DNA from: Selaginella moellendorffii
Lineage: Eukaryota; Plantae; Lycopodiophyta
Length of the DNA: 64,000 nt
Direction of reading: 5' to 3'
Assembly (NCBI RefSeq): GCF_000143415.4
Contig: NW_003314274.1
Location: 1,830,213-1,894,212 of the forward strand
In this document: piece after piece, positions 46,435 to 58,042 of the stretch
How the letters are laid out: every line of letters begins with the position of its first letter
Numbering within the stretch: the first letter of the stretch is position 1
Made by a program: the position numbers and the translations under genes
Notes under the pieces: model-generated
The model's database searches: none
Told to the model about the DNA's origin: nothing
What the model saw: only the letters and a program-made list of their open reading frames with translations

Positions 46435-48969
46435 ATGGCTGCCGTGATGCCCTCTATGGCGATCGCGCTTCAAGACGCCCCTGCCAGAGCTTCCGCGATG
46501 TCGGCAAGATCTAACAAAAAGCAAGATTTGCACGCCGCCGGGAGGCGCCGGGTGAGTGATTCCTCCAAATTTCTTGCGGAAGTTTTGATCTTTGTTTCTT
46601 CTCTCAGCTTGAGCAATTCAAGAAGAACAAGCGTGAGAAAGCTACCAAGCAAGCTTCTGAAGAACAGCCTTCCACTTTCGAAGCTCTAGAACCGGTCGAT
46701 TCAAATGGGGATATCTACACCGCGGCTTTTCCACCGGCGGCTGGCCAGGATCAACACTCTCAGATTTTTCCGAGCGTCCAAACGGATTTTCCGAGCGTTC
46801 TTCCTCCAGATCAATTCGAGCCACCTCCAGCTGAGAACTCCGACCCACCGAGCTATGCCACCACCTTTGGGAATTCCAACTTCCACTCCACTGACCTTGT
46901 ACACTCGATCGTGGATGCTCGACACGCCACCATCGACCAACTTCCACACCCAACGACCGATCCTCTCCCACACTCCACCATTGCTCTTCCACTGGAGGGT
47001 GAAGAAGACTCGAGGTATAAGAAAACTTTTTCCGGTGACCACTTGGGAAAGGAAAAGCCGGGAACGAACATTGCCGGGAGTGAACAACGGCCAGCAACTC
47101 TATTCCAACCGTCGTCAAATTTTGCCGCTGCGAAACAAAAGCCACCTCGTTCGCACTCCTCGGACTCTCTCTTTCGACCTCTTCGTGCTGCTGTGCCCGA
47201 AGTAACGAATGGTGATGCGGCTGTCAAGTCCACGCCAGTGACAAGACATCACATAGACGAGCCACGGTACGAGGCACAGAGACCACTAGCGCCTTTTGCG
47301 AATGATGAGACACCTTTGAGTTCCTCCCGCAAAGATGACTTCGCTGCATTGGAACAGGTAAGAGATATGGTTCTTCCGCGATTGCTATTGACTGAAATGC
47401 ATTTTTTTTACAGCACATTGAGGACTTGACGCAGGAGAAGTTTTCTTTGCTACGCGGTCTAGACAAGGCTAAGGCGTTGGTGGAGACACTGACTCAAGCC
47501 AACTCTGCTCTCACGGAGGATTATAATCAGCAGGTTGTTTCAATCATCCTCAAACAGCTATTCTTGATTTTATCTTGCTGCATCGAGATCAGCTGTTTGC
47601 TATCCAGTGTGATAATAGTGTCGGTTCAGTGCTTTGCAGGGTGCCAAAGTAAACGAATTGAAAGATGAACTTGCAAGATTTCAGCAAGAGTTTCGCTCGC
47701 AAGAGGTATGCATGCACCGAACACATGTGAGCAAAGTTACACACCCTGTGTTATTGTTGCAGGCCGTGCTTAAAAATCTAAAGGCGGAGAGGGACAGAGC
47801 AGTTCAGGAGAGCACCTCAGCAATTGAACGTTCTCGAGGTTTCGCTGCAGAGATTGTTGGCCTTGAAGAGAAGGTCAGCTCGTTTACATGTTTCATTTGG
47901 ATTCTGATCGTCAGTCATCTTGTTGTACAGATTTTGAAAACTCGATCGCAAGAGCTAAAGTCGCAAAAAGAAGTCCAGTCTTTACGTGCGGAAGTTGAAT
48001 CATGCAGGTCAGCTTTGCAATTGCATTTCAGTTCCTTTGTTTTGATCAAAATACTCTAATTTTTGCAGAAGGCAGATTCTATCAATAGAAAAGGATCGCC
48101 TTAATGCCATTTCTTTGAATGACGCATTGCAGGAAGGTTTGTCTCGATCACGTGTTACTTGTGTGATGGCTGACTGGCTATATTTCAGAAAAGAAGCTCC
48201 TGCTGTCTCGCATTCGTGAAGCGGCAGATAAAACGTATCCTATCAAGTCAGCATCCACAGAAGACGCTTCAACCTCAACCGACGATCTCGGTAATTATTT
48301 CTGCAAGATTTGGCTAGTATATTGTCTCCGATTGTTTCTTTTTGCAGTTATAGAGCGCGAGCCTCAGGCATCGGATTCAGATCAAGAGCCGTCCGTCTTC
48401 GCGTATCCAACCTCACTGCCTGAAGACCAGTTGGGAATTATAGAAAGTATCAATGCTCTAGTAACAGAGGTACGCCAAAAAGATTTCTCCTCGCTGGTAA
48501 AACATGGTTTCTTTTTCTTTTTAATAGTTGGGAGAAGAAAAGGAGGCACTCTTAAGATTACTCAGGAATGAATCGAATGCGGTCACTCAACTAAAGGTGT
48601 AACTAGTGGATACTGTTTCTTGCTGTCTAATCAAAATCGGTGCTGGTGCTGCAGGTTGAGAACGCCGAGTTGATGCAAAAATTAGAGAGCCAAACGCAGC
48701 AACTGGAGCTCGCAGTGGCCCAAAGCATGGCTCGCTCTGCACCTTTGGTGTCGCCTATAGCTTCTCACCAAAGTAACGAGGAACTGGATTACATTGACGA
48801 GGGAGACGAGGTGAGAGCTTTACACACACAAAGTTCATCTTCTAAAGTCTCTCTTTTTGTTTTGTTTCCTCCCCTATTTCCCCAGGTTGTTGATCGTGTA
48901 CTGGGCTGGATAATGAAACTTTTCCCGGGCTCTGGCTCCTCTAGGCGTGGCGGAAGCAAGCATTTGTGA
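46435..48969 (+). CDS. BLI: BLISTER-like coiled-coil protein
   Basis: AGRRRLEQFKK, DDFAALEQHIEDLTQEKFSL and C-terminal DEGDEVVDRVLGWIMKLFPG. Confidence 0.88.
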
Positions 48970-49989
48970 AGAGAGCTAAGTTGATTCTTTCCAATAATTT
49001 GATTGGTTTTGCGTCCAGATAATAAACTGGAAACTAGTTTCTATTATCTCTTCAGGAAATCAAGCGTTTTTAAGAGGTACGATTTAAGAGAACTCAAGAT
49101 AACATGATCTATAGATTGCTTGAAGTTTCCAGTGAAAACCCAATACCTCCACCCGTACCATCCACTGGTTTTGAAGGAAGCGAACCCATTGAAAGATACA
49201 ACTTGAAAGCACTGGAGGCTCTCTTCAAAGAAGCTTGTGCTTGGAGTTGGATCTTTGATTTCCCATTCTTGAAACTCCACATTGAGCCACCGAGCGATAG
49301 CGTTTTGTTTGTTTGGATCTCTACACTCTTGGATTTGTTGTGTGCCTCCTGGCTGGAAGTTGTAGTTAGCTGTTGTTATAGTCGTCTTGTTGATCATGCT
49401 CTTCATGTAAGTAATGCGTCACGGGACACCAAGAAGATGTTAGAACTATTGCAATCATTATAAGTATCTGAAATCTCTCCATGTTAAGAATCTATTCCAA
49501 TCTTTAATTATTTATAGTCTTGAGTCTTTTCGTTTTAAACAGATTATCTATTTTCTTGTATAATCTTGAACGAAAACTTAAAAAGTGAAAAGGTGAAAAG
49601 TTTTACAATTCAATTTCTTTTCTAAGCAGTGCTACTTCTTTGGCTGCAGCTGTAAGTTCATACCTTCATAAAATCCTTCATTGTCTCCAGCTTTGAGTTC
49701 GTGTGAATTCTCAAACACTCCAGGAGCCAAACTCGCAGTTCACAGCCAACCTGAAGCACACTACAGAGAACTTATTTCCTCCAGAGATAAGTCTAATGGG
49801 CTTTGCCATACTTGGGGTACTACAAGGCCACCATCATCTTCTTGCTCACTCCCCACAAAATCCCTTTCTTCAGTGATACTTTGTGCTGTTTAAAACTTAC
49901 ATCTCCTTCTTAAACTACAAGAAGAGCCACTGGATTCACTAGAACCCCAACTGCACTAACTTACTTACACTTTACAAGAAAAACAAATA

Positions 49990-51110
49990 CTCTAATTTCA
50001 GAACTAATATTAGACACTACAATAGTGCCCTTGCATTTGCATCAATAGCTACTAACATTGACACTTTAAGGGGTAACAGTCTTTACTACTTTAGAATTCA
50101 TGGATAGATTTACCATAATATTATGTCATCACACTTTTCTGGTGATCAAAATCCATCTTATGGGCAACATTATATACCAGATATACAAGGAGCCACAAGT
50201 ATAAAGCATCAAAACCCATTTAATACAAATTGTAAGTGAGATTTATTATTACATCTTGATATACTCTTCAGTCATATTAATCCATATGCACAGACTTATA
50301 GAATGATGTATGAAATGGAACGAAAAGAACTTTATAAAGTAGTAGTTACAGGCTGTCCTTTATGTGGTGTTTATATGTTATTAAGTAATGAAAAAATTGA
50401 TAATCGATTCTATAATATACAGTAAAAAAATTATGTTGCTATTATTCTTGTTAATGACAATGGAAAACCCCCACATAGACATGAAATTTATATATATCCT
50501 ATGGCAAATCTTTCTAGAAAGATTTTAACTCTTGATGTTTATCCTTTGATATTTCCTTTTAGTGATAAAGGATGGCACGCAAATATTTTGAATATATGAT
50601 AACATTGAAGTACATTATTTCTATATTATACATATTGTTTATCTAAAAGAGACACATTGCAATTAGGTTTCAACCAAATCTTACATGCTGGTAAGCTTCC
50701 TCAACAATACAATGTTAATGCCTATATTAAAGTTGAGAGTAATAACTTATATTCTTATTATACCCACCAAAACAATTATGAATAGAAATGTATACTGGTC
50801 TTATGGATTATGGTGCAAATCATGCTTCAAATGAAAATATGAACCTTAGTAAGATTGTTATACTACCTTCAAATTTTGATGGTGGACCTGAGCAATGCAA
50901 TAAAATTATCAAGATGTAATGACAATTGTTGTTCATTACTCAAAACTGGATATTTTTATTACTTTCACTTACAATGATAAATGGCCAGAAATTATAGAAA
51001 ATTTATATCCAAATGAGGGCCCAAAAGACTGTCCTAATTTGGTAAACTAAAGAATTTTTGAATGACATAACAAAAAAGACATATATTTAGAAAATATATA
51101 GTATAGTGTA

Positions 51111-51173
<63 letters not shown>

Positions 51174-53815
51174 GAGTTCCAAAAAGGAGGTCTCTGATAT
51201 TGTCATTTTCTAGGAATTTTAGCCCATGAAAATAAAATTAGACATCATGGTAAAATTAATCAATATATCATGGCTGGATTACTAGATCCTTAAACTCTAA
51301 CTCTTTGAAATAGTTAAATTGCATTTGATTCATGGACCATATGGACTCTTTTATCCTAATAATTCTTGAAAGGTTTTCCAAAAAACTTTAATTATGAAAC
51401 TATATTTTCTGTTAATGCATATCTAAATTATTATAAACCAGACAATGGATATATAATTTTTAAAAATGGTTGTCATATGGATTACCTTTGTAAAAATATA
51501 AATCTTATATAAATATTAAGATATGTACAACTATAAAAAGTATTAAATATCTATCTCAATATTTTTCCAAATGGTATGATTGTGTCATTATTGAAATTCA
51601 TTCAGCAACTCAACAATATGATAATAGTTTATATTGGGATGAAGTTTCAAGGTTTTCAAATACTTATTATGTTTCTGCTCCAAAAGCTATATGGAGACTT
51701 TTTCAATTAAAAATGCTTCTCCGTTCAACACTAATAATCTGTTTTCTTATTTATCTAGAAAATATATAAAATATTTATTTTATCAAAGGTAATGAGCAAA
51801 TTTCACTTTAAAGAGCTACTCAAAATAGTATTATGTTGACAAAATAGTTTGAATTAAATATATATAATCCAATTGCAAGATAATATACATATCCTGAATT
51901 CCTTTATATTATACATATAATAAACACACTCATCATTGGCAGATTAAACATCGACAAAATATTATCTCACAAATGTATTATGTGTCCCCATTTAATATTC
52001 AACTTTATCATTTATGCTTTATAATGCTTCACAGAAGAGGGGCTACTTTTGTTAATGATTTAAAATAATTTATAATACTTATTTCAAAACATTCCAATTT
52101 AATACATTCATTATGGGTCTTTTTGTAGATGATACAAAATAGGAAAAATATTTAAAAGATGCTTACTCTTTCAAAATGCCATTATAATTAAAAAATTATT
52201 TGTGTTTTAATGTGTCTTTTATAGTCTAAAATATCCTTATTCCTTATGGGAAAATTTAAAAAACTATTTTTCTAAATATTTTGTGTTAACAGATGCATTA
52301 CTTTATTTTGAACATGCTTTATATGATATAAATAGCAAATTCAGTCTATATGGAAAATCCAATCAAACGTATTTATTTTCTTTATCTTTTATAAATTTTG
52401 ATACAAATAGTTATATTAATTTGACACAATTTAATCATTATGTTTAAAAAAATTACTTCAATTTAATAATGAACAACAAGTTCTATATTATGATATCCTC
52501 AACACAATTAACAACCCAACCAAGAAAAATCTATATATTTTCATTGATGGTCCTACTGATACTGGTAAAACTTTCTCCTTAACACTCTTATATATACATT
52601 TTAACTTTTAAACAAAAATGTAATTAATATAGCCTAAACAAGTATTGCAAGCACTTTACTATATAATAGTTAAACATCACACATGACTTTCACACCTCAT
52701 ATGAAACTTCTACTTCTATATTTATCAACATTGTTTTTAGAATCTATTATATTACTTTACACATAAATAATAATGTCCTTTATTGTTGATTTTTTTTTCT
52801 CATCTTTATAGGATATTTTAAACCTCTATATTGTCTAATAGAGTCATACTTACCCCACTTAATAATAATAATATTCCCATTAATAATGCTATGGTTTCTT
52901 CTTTACTTAGTGATATATATATTCATAAAAGTGTTGATTTTGTTGATGCTAAACACTCAGAAGATTTTCCAGTTGAATTCCTAAATTCCATTATTTTTTG
53001 GTCTTCCACCATATAAACTCTTGCTTAAACAAGGTGTTATCCATATTCTATTAAGGAATATATATGCATTGGCTGGACTATGTCATGGTACATATCTCAT
53101 ACTTAAATATGCATTACCAACAGTTCTAGACTATGAAATTATATTAGGTTAATTCAAAAGTACATGATATTGTATCCCTCAAATCACAATCACACCTTCA
53201 AACATAGAAAATTCATTTAAAAATGTCCAGAAGGCAATTTCTAATGTGTTTAGGGCATTGCCAGTGTCAAGGCCAAACATTTGAGCAAGTTAGAATACAT
53301 TTAACCATATCCAATTTTCACCCATAGCCAGCTTTATGTGGCTTTATCAAGATGCACTTCACGAATAAGACTAGGTAGTAAAGTCACTCCAAGGGTAATT
53401 ATTCCCTTTGAGTCCTTTTACTTTCACCATCAACATACTATATAAGGAGGTTTTATATTAAATATTTTTACCTCCACTAATTTCTTGTTGAGTTTGATTC
53501 TTGCTCCATGTTTTCTAAAAGAAATTCTAAAATACTCTAATTCCAGTTCCAAAAATGGTCTTGAGAAGTTTGTATTATAACTATGACATTCAAAATAGTA
53601 TTTACTAATAGGAAGCAAGTGCTATTTATATCATAGTTTATAGTTACTATATAAAGTATAGTTGTAGTAATTACATTATTTAATATATAGTTATAATGAG
53701 GAAATTTTTTTGAATATTAATTTATTAAAAAAGAATATTCATAGCATATTTAAAAAACTGTACTAATAATTTGCTATGTGTTGCAAGTAGCAACGGTTGG
53801 TTTGCTTAATAGTAG
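49990..53815 (+). mobile_element. Decayed Helitron (Rep plus PIF1 helicase relic)
   Basis: Ordered motifs FRIHG*IYH, YPLIFP..GWH, ILPSNFDGGP, DIFITFT.N.KWPEI, IEFQKGGL, VSAPKAIWRLF, FIDGPTDTGKTF, PVEFLNS, CQGQTF and FTHSQLYVALSR. A short hairpin gttgc-aagta-gcaac at ~53780 may be the 3' terminator. Confidence 0.9.
51119..51170. repeat. (TA)n microsatellite inside the Helitron Rep region
   Basis: About 26 TA units directly before the IEFQK motif. Confidence 0.95.
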
Positions 53816-53892
53816 TGTTATTTCTACTTGTTAATCCAATTGATCAAATAAAGTTATTATAATTATAAGCATGTTTAAATACAAGATTAATT

Positions 53893-54848
53893 TTATTGCA
53901 TATCAACCATTAAATGGTAAAATAAAAAAGCATGAGAATATTTTTCGCAATCAAAGTCCCCACCAATGCCAGAATATCTTCTCTTCACTCCATAATGACT
54001 CCTCCTGTGTGCCATCGTTGTCCCATTACCACAATGCTTAACAATCCAAGGATGTGCAAGCATGGCATCTAGAGTCACCCTCTTGCTCTGCTCCACAGCT
54101 AGCATTCCCTGGATGAGATCCTCTGCTTCACAAGACGCAAAACCACTCGGGAATGCTCTGGCTCTTAGAAAATCAAGTTCAACTCTCGATTGATACCCTC
54201 TCAGCAGCTCATACGCAACGACTCCCAGCCCCCACACATCCACGGCCACCATGTAATTCACTCATCCTTGGGCTCCATTACTCTTCACCATTACCACCTC
54301 GGGTGCCATGTACTTTGCTGTTCCACAATACTGCTGCATATCCCACTGCTTGTCCGTGGCCATGCCAAAATCTCCAATCACCACTTCATCCACTGCAGTG
54401 GCGTTGAGCCTCTCAAAAATGTTGTGAGGCTTGAGATCGCGGTCAACAACCCCTCTCGAGTGCATCCACTTGAGTGTCTCTGCTAGTGATTTAATAGTCT
54501 TGGCTGCTTCTTCCTCAGTCACTACCCCACCCTCGATCAATCACTCTGCCAAACTAGGGCTGCAAAGCTCCACCATGATGGTCCCATAGCACCTCCCGGC
54601 CTCTCTCTCCCTCACAAAATCCTCAAAGGCGACGACTATAGGGCAGACGTGAAGCTTGGACATGAGCCGAGCTTCATTCTCGGCATTCCACATCGATTCA
54701 ATCAATTTCCCGCATACTTCTTGCCAGCCCTACGACGAGCACTCAACAAATAGACCTGCCCTTCGCTGCCAGATCCCAACTTCTCGCCCCGCCTGTACAG
54801 CTTGAGGAGCTCACCACAGTCGTCCTCCCCAAACTCGCACGCCACCAT
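53893..54848 (-). pseudogene. Intronless CAMK/Aurora-like Ser/Thr kinase pseudogene
   Basis: KLGSGSEGQVY, VDRDLKPHN, DFG, CGTAKYMAPE and DVWGLG are present, with stops at ~54541 and ~54262 and a 5' frameshift. Confidence 0.85.
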
Positions 54849-55324
54849 CGCTCGCCAATTTTTTGACACAGCTTCTCGCTAACGGGTACAAATCGACGGC
54901 TGGAATCGCGTTTGATCGACGGTGACGATCTTGTGAAAGACGGAAGCCCTAACCTGAATTTATTTCAGAACATTCGTTATTTGAATGACGCATGCATCCT
55001 GTGTTTTACACGCTAGTGGCTCCTGCCGGATCAATCGCCCTCAAAGCACCACCAACACGATCAGAGAGTTCACCACGTCTCCAATCAAAGGGCTGTAGCT
55101 TGGCTCTATAGAACAAGCGACCTACACACGGATCTTGCATTAGAATCATCAAGTCAGCCAGCACTGGCAACAAACAAACCAAAACCAAAAGAAGAAGAAA
55201 AGGAAGAGGAAGGGCACTTACTTGGAAGAGTTGCTTCAAGTTGACAGTATCCTTGAACGCAGCATCCACAATGAGGGTAAACCTGGTGCGGTCACTGAGA
55301 TATATGGGTGCAAACAGCACCAAT

Positions 55325-55685
55325 TGGTGGTGATCCTATCTATGCTCTCTTTCCCATGGGTAGAGCTTTGTTTGAAGATGCAGCAGGAATGCTTCCATTT
55401 ATGGGAGCACTATTGATTCTCTCTGGACAAGGTTGCAATTTTTAAACTTTTCATTTTCGTCTTGGATTTGTAGAACTATTAGCTTGGCTCTATTTGCTTC
55501 AGGAGTGTCTTCGCAGCAAGGCATATCCATTGCTCACTGGCTGTGCACAGTTTCTCTTCAATTGGCTCACCGGAGATAACCACAGAATGCTCGTGACTAA
55601 TCCCTCGACGTCTCCAGAGCATATGTTTATAGCGCCGGATGGAAAACAGGCATCAATGAGCTATACAAGCACTATGGACATGGCG
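55325..55685 (+). pseudogene. GH95 alpha-L-fucosidase (AXY8-like) internal fragment with retained intron
   Basis: ALFPMG and HLWEHY*FSLDK, intron ~55432-55502, then KAYPLL.GCAQFL..WL and VTNPSTSPEHMFIAPDG...STMDM. Confidence 0.85.
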
Positions 55686-56212
55686 AACGAAAAATTAAAA
55701 AGTGAAAGTTTTACGTGCTTTGAAATTCAATGAAAAGGACAAAATGTATGAAAGAAAACAAATTATTTTCTTTTCAAAGCGAGTATTTCTCAGAGTGTTA
55801 AACACTTCGCCCTTGATCGCGTCCTTCTTTCCTTCTTGAGCTTTTGTTGGAGGGAGCGTATCTGTGAGAATTCTCCCCGTGAATCTCCTTCTTCGAAAGC
55901 GAGCTACCAGGATCGACGAGCACTTTTTCCAGAATTGCCATAGCCATCCCTGCCAAGAGGCAAGACAAGATCTTAACAGGATGAAACTCAAAGAAAGTAA
56001 AAAAGAGCTCTGAACGAAAACTTGGGACCTGTGATTGTGGGGGGGGCCTGGGAGGGTGGAACTCCTTCAACCTGCAAAGCAAACACTTGCACACGGCTGT
56101 TAGTACCCGGCGGCCAGCGCCGCTTTATTTTGGCCCATGATCTGGGCCTTACCGCGCCAGAGCATGGACCGCATGCACAAAAACTAAAAAGAAAAAAGAA
56201 ATCAATCAAGAG

Positions 56213-57833
56213 TTACCGAATGCAGCGGCTGTTTAGCGCACTGGATGAGGCTTTCGTCCTGACTGCTGTTGCCTTTGTTGTGTCGGGTGTCCCGAACACC
56301 TGCCAGAAGCGCAAAGTCTCGTCGCCAGCGGCCGATGCCACAGTATAACCATCGGGACTCTGCAAATACAAAGGTATGTCTCAAGCACTTTCCTAAGAAA
56401 GAAAGAAAAACTAGGGAGCAGACCTGTGCCATATGCAGGACCCTCGAGGTGTGCCCGGTCAGCTCCGCCATCTTCACCATCGACGGGTACTTCCAGAGAA
56501 TGAGCTGGTTCTGGCTGAAGCCGTGAGAGCTCAGAAGCTCCCTCTCGTGCTTGCTCCACTGCAATGCGCACACCTGAGAGGCCGTGTCCACGCTTTGGAT
56601 GCAAGCTCCAGTGTGCGTGTTCCAGAACTTGATGCACCGGTCCGCGGTACCTCCTCCGGAAGCCAAGAGATTGCTCTGGAAGGGACACCACGCCAGCGCT
56701 TTCACCGCTGCCTGATGCTCGTCGAGACGGTGGAGATAAGTGCTGTTTCCTCGTGAGGCGGCCGCGGCGGCATCCCAGACGTAGAGAAGGTTGTCGTTGC
56801 CACCGCTCGCTAGCTGCTGTCCGGAGGGTGACCACTTAAGACCGCAAACCTCCTGCTGGTGTGCCGCCATCTTGCCAGTGACATGCTCGCGAATCCTCAC
56901 GTCGTGGTTGAAGATGACGTTGTCGCGACCGCCGGTGCTGAGGATGGGTCCGTTCCAAGCAAGACTTCCAACTCGGGCGGTATGAGCCTTGAGAGATCTC
57001 ACCTGCATGAACAAACCGTTTGGTGAGTACAAATGCTTCCACTCTATACGTGAATCAATCACACGCAAGTAAAGAAGGCAAAGATCTACAGGAAACGAGC
57101 AACGAAAAGTACCTGGCGTAGAGAAAACGCATCCCAGAGTTGAACGTCCGCATTGTTTAACCCGACCGAGATGTGCTTGCCATCCGGCGCCCAGGAAACG
57201 CTGGTGACGGGACCATCATCCTCGCTTACTTGCATGAGCTCTTCGATACCACCGGTGGTAGCGTTCCAGAGATAGACAGTGTGTCCCAAAGCAACAGCGA
57301 GTATGTTGTTCGTTCCCCAGTCCAAAAGGTTGAGATAATAGTCGTCTAGAATCTCTGGCGCATCGAGAGTTCTCTCGGGAGCCTGGAAAGGGTAATTGGA
57401 TCAGCGGAAAAAAAGAAACGATCGAACAAAGAAATCGATGGAAGCTTACCTGAGGGATCTGTCTAAACATCCTCCGGGGCTTGGACGCGCCTGGAGCAGT
57501 GTTCTCGGAGTAGAGCAGCCTCGATTCTCTCTCAAACCCCTCTGGTGGCGGCGGCGGCTTGCTCTTGAAGGCGAGGATCCGGCTCTTCTTCTGGAAAATA
57601 TTGGCGTCGCGCAAGAGATTCTCGGCCAGTTGCTTCTTGTACTCTTCCTGGGAGCAGTCGGATCGAAGCGGCTGCTGCTGGAGCTGCGAATTCTCCTTTC
57701 CAAGAACAAGCATGTTGGCGACGTCGAAATTCATGGCGCTGCGATCCGGAATGAATCGATCGATCTGTGGCAGCTTCTTTGCGGGCGTTGCAGCCGGATC
57801 TTTGCCGCCGTTGGAGCTGATCAGGGCGGCCAT
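56213..57833 (-). CDS. CDC20: CDC20/Fizzy APC/C co-activator
   Basis: C-box DRFIPDR, KEN, RILAFK, WD40 repeats ([32 protein letters not shown]) and terminal IR*, with 3 coding introns. Confidence 0.95.
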
Positions 57834-58032
57834 TTTCCTGCAAAACAGAACACAACAAACCCTACCGACGAGAGAGGAGAGATCTAAGCTCTACAAGAAT
57901 GCACGCAATCAAACCAATCGAAACACTGGCCGATGAATCGCTTTGCGTCTTCCCGAGATCGCTGGACAATCACTTGCTTTGAGTCGCTTCGAGAGTGATT
58001 TTAGGGCTCTTCACAGCGGATGTATACAAAAG

Positions 58033-58042
58033 CTCCAACGGC
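58033..58042. promoter_or_regulatory. MSA element upstream of CDC20
   Basis: CTCCAACGGC about 200 nt upstream of the ATG. CDC20 is a known MYB3R/MSA target in plants. Confidence 0.55.
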
